DNA from: Shigella phage SH7
DNA: 64,000 bases
Sequence record: KX828711
Strand: one strand, 5' to 3'
Below the pieces are notes generated by a model, which saw only the letters and a list, made by a program, of their open reading frames with translations, did no database searches and was not told the DNA's origin. Shown here piece after piece: positions 30,561 to 42,685 of the stretch (positions within the stretch are counted from its first letter, which is position 1; each line of letters begins with the position of its first letter). A program made the translations under genes and the position numbers.

Positions 30561-30787
30561 TTATTTTTCTCAACTAATGATTGAATATAATCATGCAGGT
30601 CTTTAGATGCTTTACCCCACTTATTTTGGTATTCATTTTTAAGATTAGCACGTGATTGAGCTAATAAAACATCATTAGTTGGAGGTAAAGATTCTAACCG
30701 CTGAATCTGACGTCCATAAATCATTGCAGCCATCTCGGATTCATAAATCAATCCTTTGAGATGTTCAAATTGATGACATGAAATCAT
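30557..30787 (-). CDS. Hypothetical protein
   Basis: 76 aa ORF. Confidence 0.55.
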
Positions 30788-31083
30788 TTACATTTATCCT
30801 CTTTTAGCTCTTGACGATAATAACATATCATAGTTTTCTGATCATGTACATATCGTTTTACATCATTAAGCCAAATACGAAATTCCTGAGAATCTTCAAA
30901 TGGCATACCGACCCAAGCTTTACCATCGATAACTTTAACTTGCCAAGATAATTTAGCTTCGTCATATGACTTTATTTGTACAGGCCAATTAGGATGAACT
31001 GTTTCTTTCTTTACTTCTAGAGGCTTTGTCGAACAACCAGCTAGAAGACCAATGGATAATATTACTGCTGATAGTTTAATCAT
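30784..31083 (-). CDS. pseT.2: Outer-membrane spanin (o-spanin lipoprotein)
   Basis: 99 aa; signal peptide with lipobox LLAGC; overlaps the i-spanin gene by 4 nt. Confidence 0.7.
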   Translation of the reverse strand: MIKLSAVILSIGLLAGCSTKPLEVKKETVHPNWPVQIKSYDEAKLSWQVKVIDGKAWVGMPFEDSQEFRIWLNDVKRYVHDQKTMICYYRQELKEDKCK

Positions 31084-31433
31084 TTAGAAAGGTCCTGGAT
31101 GTCTTCTGCGAACTTGTTGAAGGAGTTGTTGATTTGTTTTTCAACCAATCCTGGCTTATGAGCCACCACATCCGCCTTCTTTGCGTCTTTGCGCAGCTTT
31201 TCATTTTCACGCTCAATAGCAGCAATTGCCTCACGATTTTTAGTATTCATCGCATCAATATAATTATACTGAATTCGCAAATTATTTAATGCTAAAGCGT
31301 TTTCATTGGCCGTTTTTGTAATTTCTACAACAGACGTTTCTAATCTTTCTACCTTATTTTTTAAAATAATAGATGTTCCGCCCAATGCTATTACAATTAA
31401 TAGCAAACCTGCTGTCGTATTACTTAATTGCAT
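31080..31433 (-). CDS. pseT.3: Inner-membrane spanin (i-spanin)
   Basis: 117 aa; N-terminal transmembrane helix (GLLLIVIALGGTSIIL) then coiled-coil-like periplasmic domain; paired with the lipoprotein. Confidence 0.7.
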   Translation of the reverse strand: MQLSNTTAGLLLIVIALGGTSIILKNKVERLETSVVEITKTANENALALNNLRIQYNYIDAMNTKNREAIAAIERENEKLRKDAKKADVVAHKPGLVEKQINNSFNKFAEDIQDLSK

Positions 31434-31930
31434 AAAGTTTTAATAACCTCTACAATATCGTCTTGAGAAAGACCGTTAATTAAAATATGATGTTCAGCCG
31501 GAGATTTAGAAATTTTAAAGCATGCCTCAACATCTTCTGCCATATCCGATGCGCTACGATTTGGATTACTAATTCCAAGGCGGTGTTTTCCCGTCAAAGG
31601 ATTAACAATAATGTAGCATTTACAGCTATTGATATGAACATTAGGCTGAGTCTGATTAATGAATACTTCACAATCGTATTTCGCAAGCTGATTTTCTAAA
31701 AAGACTTTCATCTCCTCAACTGCATCAGGAAGCATATCACGGGCTTGCTCAAGACGACGATTTCGATATTCTTTAATGGTCGTTTTCCGCTTGACTTGCT
31801 TTGCTAAATCTTTCTTAAGATCAGTGATATATCCAACTCGACGATTTCCTTTGAATACAGAAATCCCATCTGTAGTATCACCGTATGCTTCAACGACCAT
31901 TTCAGTAGTAATAAGCTGTAAATCCATCAT
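31424..31930 (-). CDS. alc: Alc transcription terminator / host transcription unfolding protein
   Basis: 168 aa (T4 Alc 167 aa); upstream of the spanins and downstream of rnlA; strong early promoter. Confidence 0.8.
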   Translation of the reverse strand: MMDLQLITTEMVVEAYGDTTDGISVFKGNRRVGYITDLKKDLAKQVKRKTTIKEYRNRRLEQARDMLPDAVEEMKVFLENQLAKYDCEVFINQTQPNVHINSCKCYIIVNPLTGKHRLGISNPNRSASDMAEDVEACFKISKSPAEHHILINGLSQDDIVEVIKTLCN

Positions 31931-31934
31931 AAAG

Positions 31935-31988
31935 TCCTCATGTTATGTCAGTAAGACTACTATAACACAACATGAGGGACTTGTAAAC
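31935..31988. repeat. 54 bp direct repeat, copy 2 (early promoter plus leader of alc)
   Basis: 53 of 54 nt identical to 16166-16219. Confidence 0.85.
31959..31988 (-). promoter_or_regulatory. Early promoter for alc
   Basis: Minus strand GTTTAC then 18 nt then TATAGT, followed by an AGGA RBS. Confidence 0.65.
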
Positions 31989-31991
31989 AGC

Positions 31992-33579
<1,588 letters not shown>

Positions 33580-33606
33580 AATAAAATGGGCCTTACGGCC
33601 CACTCC

Positions 33607-34785
33607 TTAAAAATATTTTTTAAAACTCATCATAACTTTATCATCAACATCATTATCAATCTGTGCAACAAGGTAAGATGACAGTTCTACTTCTTGTGGC
33701 GCGGATTGAACATTATCAGAATTAAGATATTCACGAATCCAAGGATATGGATGTTTAACCGGAGCATCGGTAATTGGGCATGGAAGACCACACTGTTTCA
33801 TACGAGATACAGTTAAGTAATCAATAAAGCTCCACATGCTATTTGTATTTAATCCAGGAACATCGCCATCTTTAAATAAATGAACTGCCCAATCTTTTTC
33901 TTGGCGGTTAACTTCCATGAAAATATCAACTGCTTCTTGTTCACACTCTTGAGCAATTTTAACCCATTCATCACCATCAGTACCGGATTGAAGTTGACGA
34001 ATAATATATTGAGTGCCTTTAAGGTGAAGCTGCTCATCACGTGCAATGAACTTCATAATCTTGGCATTACCTTCCATGATTTCCATGTTCTTATGGAAGT
34101 TAAAGGTACATGCGAAAGATACATAAAAACGAATAGCTTCTAGGGCATTAATAACGTGCAAACAGAGGTAAAGAGAACGCATTAGTTCGTATTTGCATTC
34201 TTCTACATGCATAAGGCTATTTGAATATGCGTCCAAATCATATTCATTCTCTGAAAAACACCTAAAAATTTCTTTTGCGTTTTCCCATTCACGAGTTTTC
34301 TCAATAACATCATCATAATAACGACCAATAGATTCAGCACGTTTCATGATAGCTTTATCTAATACAATCTCATCAAATACCTTCGATGGATCAGTATAAA
34401 GATTTCGCATGATATGTGTATATGAACGGCTGTGAATAGTTTCACTAAAAGTCCACGTAGCAACCCATGTATCAAGGCTCGGGTCTGAAATTAATGACAT
34501 AAGTACAGCAGACGGTGCACGACCCTGAATGCTATCCAAAAGTGATTGATACTTCAGGTTATTAGTAAAAATATTTTGCTGATACTGAGGAAGCTTATTA
34601 AACTGTGCAGCATCCATCATTAAGTTTACTTCTTCAGGACGCCAGAAAAATGATAATTGCTTTTCGGTCAAATCTTCAAAAACTTTATGGCGTTGAATAT
34701 CATAACGCGCAATACCAAGACCTGAACCGAAGAACATAGGTTCTTTTAAAACATCAACTGGATTTGTATTAAAAACTGTAGACAT
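33607..34785 (-). CDS. nrdB: Ribonucleotide reductase small subunit NrdB (intronless)
   Basis: Continuous 392 codons from MSTVFNTNPV; di-iron ligand motifs present; no interruption where T4 carries its group I intron. Confidence 0.93.
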   Translation of the reverse strand: MSTVFNTNPVDVLKEPMFFGSGLGIARYDIQRHKVFEDLTEKQLSFFWRPEEVNLMMDAAQFNKLPQYQQNIFTNNLKYQSLLDSIQGRAPSAVLMSLISDPSLDTWVATWTFSETIHSRSYTHIMRNLYTDPSKVFDEIVLDKAIMKRAESIGRYYDDVIEKTREWENAKEIFRCFSENEYDLDAYSNSLMHVEECKYELMRSLYLCLHVINALEAIRFYVSFACTFNFHKNMEIMEGNAKIMKFIARDEQLHLKGTQYIIRQLQSGTDGDEWVKIAQECEQEAVDIFMEVNRQEKDWAVHLFKDGDVPGLNTNSMWSFIDYLTVSRMKQCGLPCPITDAPVKHPYPWIREYLNSDNVQSAPQEVELSSYLVAQIDNDVDDKVMMSFKKYF

Positions 34786-35516
34786 TAATTTTTCCTCTTT
34801 AAAATTCTGCCGTGTTTCCAACCTGGCGGTATAATATCATCTTTACCTATAAGCGTGCATTCACTTCCATTATTAATCCATTTCTTACCGCGGATTCCTT
34901 TATAATCTCTTGGTTTTATTTTGTCAAACTTTGCATCAAGTTGATATGACCATCTAAATCCATAAGCATATTGAAATTTACCCTCGGCACAATATTTGAT
35001 ATTTGACCCGTTTCCATTAACTGACCGGGACGCTGCCGCAATAGAGTGAAAGGTTTCTATGAAATCCCCATCTAATGAGAATTTATGTATTTCTACAGAT
35101 GGGCACGCATATCTATTCACGTTAGATACATGCTGTTTAGTTTCGTTTTTATGATGCTTGCCTAGCATCCCTTTAGGATGAGGATTATTTTTCCAATATT
35201 TCTTAAAGAACTCAGAATTAGCTTTAGCAAATAATTTTCTGTGTAAGCTGTACAATCTGTTATTAATTCTATTGCCAGCTTTATCTGTTGCCATTAACGT
35301 TAACGCAGAGGCAAGACCAAAATGACCTTCATTTATCTTACATAGTAATAGATGAGCTATAAAATGTTCTCTGGCTGTTAATTCAACTAAATTTTCCTTA
35401 TCATCAGAACCTCCCATACATTTAGGGATTATATGATGTGTCTCTTTATATTCTAGTAAAGATTCCCGAGCCTGAGCTCGGGAAATTAGGTCGTTATAGA
35501 TTTTTTGATAATTCAT
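34785..35516 (-). CDS. HNH homing-type endonuclease (MobE-like position)
   Basis: 243 aa; HNH motif HHIIPKCMGGSDDKENLVELTAREHFIAH; start and stop each overlap the neighbour by 1 nt (TAATG at both ends). Confidence 0.8.
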   Translation of the reverse strand: MNYQKIYNDLISRAQARESLLEYKETHHIIPKCMGGSDDKENLVELTAREHFIAHLLLCKINEGHFGLASALTLMATDKAGNRINNRLYSLHRKLFAKANSEFFKKYWKNNPHPKGMLGKHHKNETKQHVSNVNRYACPSVEIHKFSLDGDFIETFHSIAAASRSVNGNGSNIKYCAEGKFQYAYGFRWSYQLDAKFDKIKPRDYKGIRGKKWINNGSECTLIGKDDIIPPGWKHGRILKRKN

Positions 35517-37780
35517 TACAATTTACACGCTGCGCAATCATCGGCTTTTGGAGTTTCTATTTCATAATCATCAGTACCGGAACCATCACGAGTATTATGA
35601 TAATAGAAGTTTTTAATGCCATAATACCATCCGTATAGCATGTCATCAATCATTACAGACATTGGAACCTTTCCTTTTGGAAAAATCTGCGGGTCATAAT
35701 ATGTATTCGCTGAAGCTGATTGACATACCCATTTAAGCATAATAGCTACCTGCGTAAGATAAGGTTTATTACCTTTCTTAGCTAATTTCCACGTATAATC
35801 ATATAGGTCTATGTTATGCTCAATATTGGGCACGACTTGATTAAAGGAACCCTCTTTTGATTCTTTAACAGAGACTGGTCCACGTGGAGGCTCGATACCG
35901 TTTGTACTGTTAGAAACTTGGGAAGATGACTCACATGGCATAAGTGCTGATAATGTGCTATTACGGATGCCAAAGAGCTTAAGGTCTTCCCGCAGCGACG
36001 ACCAGTCACAAACGTATTTTGGAGCTGCGATTTGGTCAATCTTTTTATTGTACCAGTCGATAGGTAATTCGCCTCGAGACCAACGAGTGTCTGAATAATA
36101 TTCGCAAGGTCCTTTTTCTTTGGCGAGCTTAATGGATGCTTTAATGAGTCCATACTGTAGTCTCTCAAATAGTTCATGTGTTAAATCGTTAGCATCTTCA
36201 TAAGAAGCAAAATTACTTGCCAGCCAAGCTGCATAGTTAGTAACACCTACGCCAAGGTTTCGACGCTTTTTAGCTTTTTCTGCTTCAGGAACTGGATATC
36301 CTTGGTAGTCCAAAAGATTATCAAGAGCACGAACTTGGACTTCTGCTAATTCATTAATTTTATCTTGGTCTTGCCAATCGAAGTTATCCAACACAAATGC
36401 AGATAACGTGCACAATCCAATTTCAGCATCAGGACTATTCACATCATTTGTTGGAATAGCAATTTCACAACACAAGTTACTCTGGCGAATAGGTGCCTTT
36501 TCGCGAATAAACGGAGTATAGTTATTCGTATTATCAATGAACTGCACATAAATCCTTGCTGTTCCTGAGCGTTCAGTCATGAGTAATTCAAACAGTTCAC
36601 GGGCTTTAATACGCTTTTTACGAATATTAGGGTCTTTTTCTGCGGCTTCGTATAATTCGCGGAAACGGTCTTGGTCTTTAAAATAAGAATAATAAAGTTC
36701 GCCACCCATTTCATGTGGACTGAACAAAGTAATGTAATCATTCTTTCCGAATCGTTCCATCATCAAATCATTCAGTTGAACGCCATAATCCATATGACGG
36801 ATACGGTTTTCTTCTACGCCTTTGTTATTTTTCAAAACGAGAAGATTTTCAACTTCCAAATGCCAAATAGGATAATAAGCAGTAGCAGCGCCGCCACGAA
36901 TTCCGCCCTGTGAGCATGATTTAACAGCAGTCTGAAAATGTTTCCAAAAAGGAATAACACCGGTATGGCGTACTTCACCTGTGCCAATCTTAGAACCTTC
37001 AGCACGAATCATACCAACGTTAATACCAATTCCAGCACGTTTGGAGATATATTCAACAATCGAAGCGGAAGCCTTATTGATAGACTTTAATGAATCACCT
37101 GCCTCAATAACAACGCATGAACTAAACTGCCGAGTTGGAGTACGGCAACCAGCCATAATAGGGGTTGGCAGTGAAATCTGTCGAGTAGATACTGCTTCAT
37201 AAAAACGAATAACATGTTTTAATCTATCAACAGGTTCATCTTGATGCAATGCCATTCCAATAGTCATAAATGCAAACTGTGGAGTTTCATAAATTTGACC
37301 AGTGGTTTTATCTTTAACTAGATATTTTTCTTTTAATTGCATCGCCCCGGAATAAGTAAATTCCATATCCCGTTCATGCTTAATTTTTGATTCTAAAAAT
37401 GTAATTTCTTCTGCTGAATATTTTGACAACAATTCAGGGTCATATTTACCTTCATTTACGCAGTAAGAAATATGGTCAATAAATGAACGTGGTTCATACT
37501 GTCCATAAACATGCTTACGAAGAGCGAACATTAAACAGCGTGCAGCTACGTATTGATAATCAGGCTCTTCAACTGAAATAGAATTCGCAGCAGCCTTAAT
37601 TACAATGGTTTGAATGTCATCAGTTGTCATTCCATCACGGAGATATGATTTAATATTTTCATATAATTCATAAGGATCTACAGATGTTCCTTCAGCTGCC
37701 CAAGATAAAACTTTAATAATTTTTTGTGGGTCAAAGCTCTGAGAAACACCACTACTTTTGATAACATTAATTAATTGCAT
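35516..37780 (-). CDS. nrdA: Ribonucleotide reductase large subunit NrdA
   Basis: 754 aa as in T4 NrdA; class Ia RNR features including the C-terminal Cys pair. Confidence 0.95.
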   Translation of the reverse strand: MQLINVIKSSGVSQSFDPQKIIKVLSWAAEGTSVDPYELYENIKSYLRDGMTTDDIQTIVIKAAANSISVEEPDYQYVAARCLMFALRKHVYGQYEPRSFIDHISYCVNEGKYDPELLSKYSAEEITFLESKIKHERDMEFTYSGAMQLKEKYLVKDKTTGQIYETPQFAFMTIGMALHQDEPVDRLKHVIRFYEAVSTRQISLPTPIMAGCRTPTRQFSSCVVIEAGDSLKSINKASASIVEYISKRAGIGINVGMIRAEGSKIGTGEVRHTGVIPFWKHFQTAVKSCSQGGIRGGAATAYYPIWHLEVENLLVLKNNKGVEENRIRHMDYGVQLNDLMMERFGKNDYITLFSPHEMGGELYYSYFKDQDRFRELYEAAEKDPNIRKKRIKARELFELLMTERSGTARIYVQFIDNTNNYTPFIREKAPIRQSNLCCEIAIPTNDVNSPDAEIGLCTLSAFVLDNFDWQDQDKINELAEVQVRALDNLLDYQGYPVPEAEKAKKRRNLGVGVTNYAAWLASNFASYEDANDLTHELFERLQYGLIKASIKLAKEKGPCEYYSDTRWSRGELPIDWYNKKIDQIAAPKYVCDWSSLREDLKLFGIRNSTLSALMPCESSSQVSNSTNGIEPPRGPVSVKESKEGSFNQVVPNIEHNIDLYDYTWKLAKKGNKPYLTQVAIMLKWVCQSASANTYYDPQIFPKGKVPMSVMIDDMLYGWYYGIKNFYYHNTRDGSGTDDYEIETPKADDCAACKL

Positions 37781-38097
37781 AAGTCCTCAACTTGAAAATC
37801 GTCTTTAAACAATCGGTTAACTATATGAGCTATTATATCACCATGACACGGCTTCGGTTTACATGTGCATCCTAGCCTCATTCCACGTAAAGGCTCTAAA
37901 TGTGCTTTAGTTATTTCTCCGGATTTAATTCGACGTATAAAATCTTTTTTGAATAATTCAATGGCAGCCTCCCGGCTGCCAGCATCTTTACCGACGTAAT
38001 TTCCCCAAAATGTACCACGGTGAATATTAACATCAAAGTCGGATTTATATTTATTCACTACCTGGCATAGACGGCCCGCGCGGTGATAATTCGTCAT
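37771..38097 (-). CDS. Hypothetical protein (nrdA-upstream ORF)
   Basis: 108 aa ORF overlapping the nrdA start. Confidence 0.55.
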   Translation of the reverse strand: MTNYHRAGRLCQVVNKYKSDFDVNIHRGTFWGNYVGKDAGSREAAIELFKKDFIRRIKSGEITKAHLEPLRGMRLGCTCKPKPCHGDIIAHIVNRLFKDDFQVEDLCN

Positions 38098-38326
38098 ATT
38101 GTTGTTCCGTTAAAACAGTAATATCATAATAACAATCAGAAGAAGTTTTAACTGTGGAAATTTTATTATCAAAATACTCACGGGTCATTTTATGAGTATA
38201 ATATTTTTTGCCATAAATGATAATAGGCTGATTTGGTCCTGGAACTTCTAACTCACTTGGATTAGGAAGTGTAAAAAGAACGACACCAGAAGTATCTTTA
38301 AATCGTAAAATCATATATCCTCGCAA
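38051..38326 (-). CDS. Hypothetical protein (between td and nrdA)
   Basis: 91 aa ORF; start may be an internal Met. Confidence 0.5.
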   Translation of the reverse strand: MRGYMILRFKDTSGVVLFTLPNPSELEVPGPNQPIIIYGKKYYTHKMTREYFDNKISTVKTSSDCYYDITVLTEQQYDELSPRGPSMPGSE

Positions 38327-38337
38327 TTAAATTAAAA

Positions 38338-39198
38338 TTACACCGCCATCTTTCCTTTAATTGGCGGGTGAGATACATAGTTTTTAAGAACAAAATCATG
38401 TGGCTTTGCGAATTGACTCAACCAAAATACCTGCGATTCTGTGTTCCATTCATCAAATTCATCTGGAAATTTTAATTGTAATTCGCATAAATCCATAGGT
38501 TCACGACGCAAAATTTCTTTACATTGTTCTACGTGATTCATATAGATATGAGTATTACCACCAGAAAATATCAAATCTCCTGGAATAAGATTACACATCT
38601 TAGCTACAATATGAACTAACGTAGCATATGATGCAATATTAAATGGAAGACCGAGGAAAACATCTACCGAACGTTGATACCACTGCAAATCCAAATAGCC
38701 ATTACGCACATTAAACTGATAGAACATATGACAAGGTGGTAATGCCATATATTTAAGTTCAGCTGGATTCCATGCAGAAACAATTTGACGCCTATCATTT
38801 GGTAGTTTTTTAATACGATCAACAACTTCTATAATTTGGTCTACACCACCAAAATCGCGCCATTGTTTTCCATAAATTGGACCAAGTTCACCACTATGGT
38901 ATCCTAAATCTTTTGCTTGATTTTCGTAATTTTCATCCCAGACTGTTTTGCCTTGAATTAATGAATCATGTTGAATTAATCGCAAATCATTGACATTTGT
39001 GCTTCCCGATAAAAACCATATTAGCTCAGCAATGCAAGCTTTCCAGGCGAGCTTCTTAGTCGTTACTGCAGGAAAACCTTTAGTTAAATCCCAGCGCAAT
39101 TTAGTACCGAACAAAGCAATTGTTCCTGTGCCTGTTCGGTCATCGGTTTCATAGCCATTTTCCAGGATATCTTTAATTAAAAATTGGTATTGTTTCAT
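38338..39198 (-). CDS. td: Thymidylate synthase (intronless)
   Basis: 286 aa from MKQYQFLIKDI as in T4 TS; uninterrupted reading frame; catalytic segment ALPPCHMFYQF. Confidence 0.93.
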   Translation of the reverse strand: MKQYQFLIKDILENGYETDDRTGTGTIALFGTKLRWDLTKGFPAVTTKKLAWKACIAELIWFLSGSTNVNDLRLIQHDSLIQGKTVWDENYENQAKDLGYHSGELGPIYGKQWRDFGGVDQIIEVVDRIKKLPNDRRQIVSAWNPAELKYMALPPCHMFYQFNVRNGYLDLQWYQRSVDVFLGLPFNIASYATLVHIVAKMCNLIPGDLIFSGGNTHIYMNHVEQCKEILRREPMDLCELQLKFPDEFDEWNTESQVFWLSQFAKPHDFVLKNYVSHPPIKGKMAV

Positions 39199-39401
39199 TA
39201 GTTCATCCAAGAATATGTAGAAGGATATTTGGCAAAGTTAGGCTTATATCCTAATTTAACCATTTGTTTTGCTTTGCGAGTAAATCCTAAAGAACGCTCA
39301 CCTTTAAGATATTTTTTTTGGTGTCATAGGCCCTTGATGCATCTGCCGACAAATAAAAAGGGCCATAGCATTAGGAACATCCTTAACTTTTAATTTATTG
39401 C

Positions 39402-40227
<826 letters not shown>

Positions 40228-40243
<16 letters not shown>

Positions 40244-40587
40244 TGAAAAGGGTCATGAGCATATCCGCTAGCGTCAATCATTTTAACTAAAGTTACCATT
40301 CCTCTGTTAACTGCTTGTGCGATTTCATCAAAAACTTCGTCACTATCGTCGTAAAGGTCATTAAAAAGTTCTAATACGTTCTTCTGAACTTTTAATTTAC
40401 GGCCGACAATTTCGCCTACAGTAAATTCGTTTCCGCCAAATCCAGTGTAAAATGTAATTACACCCATTAACTGGCTTTCACGGGAATCTATGTCGTGTGA
40501 TAAATTAATAAAAGCCGTCCCAGGCGCGGTTTTAAGTTGGCAACGAATTTTTACTTGGGTAATTCCAGTTATATGAATGTTAGACAT
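40228..40587 (-). CDS. Hypothetical protein (position of T4 frd.2)
   Basis: 119 aa ORF. Confidence 0.6.
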
Positions 40588-40597
40588 AATATTTTTC

Positions 40598-40840
40598 TCA
40601 AACAGACTTTTTCACAATTTTCCAATCAGCTTTAAACTGTTCAACGTCAGAATGGTAAATCCAGAATCCTGCGCTTTCTCCATCCTCATAAAGAGGGCAT
40701 CCATCACATTCATCTTCCCATCCCATATCACGCAAAAGACGTTCAGCTTTTTCAACAAGTTCAGAATCTTTACCGATGATATTAAAATACCATTTACCTC
40801 TAACTTCTGAATCTTTAATGCTCTGACGTTGTAATCTCAT
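40598..40840 (-). CDS. Hypothetical protein (position of T4 frd.3)
   Basis: 80 aa ORF. Confidence 0.55.
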   Translation of the reverse strand: MRLQRQSIKDSEVRGKWYFNIIGKDSELVEKAERLLRDMGWEDECDGCPLYEDGESAGFWIYHSDVEQFKADWKIVKKSV

Positions 40841-40894
40841 TTTATTCTCCTTAGTTAATAAGGCTATAGTATCACTACTATAGCCTGTTGTAAA

Positions 40895-41260
40895 CTACTT
40901 TTTGAAAGTTTTTCGCAAAATTTCAATGATTTCATCTACATTGTTTTCGTCAACAATGCAGTGAATTTTCGTTACGCCAGAAACCTTGTCTTTAACTTCA
41001 TCTTCTTCAGAAGTTGGTTCTTTATACTCACGAAAACAATGAAATTCATCTTCGCAGACGTTAAAGTAAAAATGCTTTCCATTTGCGCATTCAATGTGTT
41101 TTATTACTTTAAATCCGTCAGCAAAGAAAGATTCTTTAACTTCAAACCATCCGCCATTTTCTTGAATAATTTTAACTATTGATGAATTAGAACGTGGGCG
41201 ATAACTAATAAATGTATCAATAAGTCTTGGAACAAGCTCATACTTTTTGCCATTATACAT
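40895..41260 (-). CDS. Hypothetical protein
   Basis: 121 aa ORF between the frd.x ORFs and gene 32. Confidence 0.6.
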   Translation of the reverse strand: MYNGKKYELVPRLIDTFISYRPRSNSSIVKIIQENGGWFEVKESFFADGFKVIKHIECANGKHFYFNVCEDEFHCFREYKEPTSEEDEVKDKVSGVTKIHCIVDENNVDEIIEILRKTFKK

Positions 41261-41304
41261 TACGTTTTCCTCATTTTAATAGGGGCTATAAAGCCCCTTG
41301 ATAA

Positions 41305-41532
41305 TTATTGTTCAATCAGTCCCATGTAAAATTCTGCGTCTTCGGAATCCATACCATCACAATATTCATTAGCCATAAAACGAGTGAGGTCTTCAAGAGG
41401 ACCTTCAATAACGATTTGAATACTCCAAAAATTAGAATCTTGTACGCTTGTGATACTAAGTTCAGGATAACGATTACGAATAACTTCTTCAATATATTCA
41501 AAATCAACGATGTCAATATCAACTTTAGCCAT
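41305..41532 (-). CDS. Hypothetical acidic protein
   Basis: Start trimmed to the ATG at 41532 ([11 protein letters not shown]...), which follows the RBS AGAGGAAAA and an early promoter. Confidence 0.5.
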   Translation of the reverse strand: MAKVDIDIVDFEYIEEVIRNRYPELSITSVQDSNFWSIQIVIEGPLEDLTRFMANEYCDGMDSEDAEFYMGLIEQ

Positions 41533-41575
41533 ATTATTTTCCTCTTTAATCATCAGCAGTATTGCCGATAGTTGT

Positions 41576-41605
41576 ATAGTACCACAGTCCTTGTGGTATG
41601 TAAAC
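41576..41605 (-). promoter_or_regulatory. Early promoter (part of a terminator-plus-promoter cassette)
   Basis: Minus strand GTTTAC then 18 nt then TACTAT with an AT-rich upstream element; near-identical to the cassettes at 58270-58299 and 61923-61952. Confidence 0.6.
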
Positions 41606-41636
41606 CGTTTTGTGAAAAAATTTTTGAAATAAAAAA

Positions 41637-41655
41637 GGGGACCTCTAGGGTCCCC
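41637..41655 (-). terminator. Rho-independent terminator after gene 32
   Basis: GGGGACC/GGTCCCC hairpin followed on the minus strand by TTTTTTATTT. Confidence 0.75.
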
Positions 41656-41677
41656 AATTAATTAGTAATATAATCTA

Positions 41678-42586
41678 TTAAAGGTCATTCAAAAGGTCAT
41701 CCAGGTCCGTGTCATCAACACTAGATGAACTGCCAGAGCTTGAGCTCATAAAATCATCTTCAGTTTTTGTATTGAAGTCATCAACATTGAATGCATCCAA
41801 ATCATCAGCAACTTTATCAGCTTTCTTAGCGGCAGTCGCTGCGGCACCGCCCATAGCAGCAGTTCCCATAACTTGACTGAATTTAGTGCTCAGTTCTTCA
41901 AACGATTTGAATTTATCTTTAGAAGTCATTTCAGAAAGGTCAACCATTTGTTCGAACAGTTCTTTCTGGAAAGATTCATCATCAATGTTTGGAATCGCAG
42001 ATTGATTCAGGAATTTAGATTCGTCGTAGTTACTAAAACCAGAAACTTGTTTAACTTTCAGTACAAAGTTAGCACCTTCCCACGGACAAGTTACATCAAC
42101 CGGAGTTTCACCCATTTCAACATCAACTGCAATCATTGCATTGATTTTATCCCAGATTTTCTTACCGAAGCGGTATTTAAATACTTTACCTTCATTTTCT
42201 GGAGCAGCCGGGTCTTTTACTACAAGAATGTTAGCCCAGTAAGAAGTTTTACGTTTAACAAGACCGTACTCTTTATTGTCAGTGTTATACAAATCATTTT
42301 TACTGATGTACTGACATACTGGACAAGAATCGTAATCACCGTGGGTAGATGAACAGTTTTCAATATACCATTTACCATTTTTCTTGAAACCGTGATTTAC
42401 AAGAATTGCAAATGGTGCTTGTTCATCATTTTTAGACGGAAGAAAACGAATTACTGCTTGACCGTTACCCGCATTATCGAGTTTCAGTTTCCACTCGCCT
42501 TTATCTTCAGAAGAAAAACCACCTTTATTTCCAGCCAGTTTAGCCATTTGTGCAGCGAGTTCAGCAGTAGATTTACGTTTAAACAT
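41678..42586 (-). CDS. 32: gp32 single-stranded DNA-binding protein
   Basis: 302 aa (T4 gp32 301 aa); [18 protein letters not shown]-terminus and acidic Ser/Asp-rich C-tail. Confidence 0.95.
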   Translation of the reverse strand: MFKRKSTAELAAQMAKLAGNKGGFSSEDKGEWKLKLDNAGNGQAVIRFLPSKNDEQAPFAILVNHGFKKNGKWYIENCSSTHGDYDSCPVCQYISKNDLYNTDNKEYGLVKRKTSYWANILVVKDPAAPENEGKVFKYRFGKKIWDKINAMIAVDVEMGETPVDVTCPWEGANFVLKVKQVSGFSNYDESKFLNQSAIPNIDDESFQKELFEQMVDLSEMTSKDKFKSFEELSTKFSQVMGTAAMGGAAATAAKKADKVADDLDAFNVDDFNTKTEDDFMSSSSGSSSSVDDTDLDDLLNDL

Positions 42587-42685
42587 TTTTATTTCCTTTT
42601 TAATTTAATTAACAGTTGGTGCTATGACGATGTATGACCTCATAGCTGGTCAGTGAGATAATTATAATCTATTTATAATAAGCAA

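Noticed and set aside
38338-39198. Searched td and nrdB for group I introns or intron-encoded endonuclease ORFs
   Set aside because: Both reading frames are continuous at T4-like length with no intervening ORF-free insert
41308-42637. ORFs 41308-41571 (+), 41316-41522 (-), 41873-42352 (+) and 42392-42637 (+) around gene 32
   Set aside because: Antisense or out of frame relative to gp32 and the acidic 75 aa ORF; Phe/Ile/Asn-rich low-complexity translations
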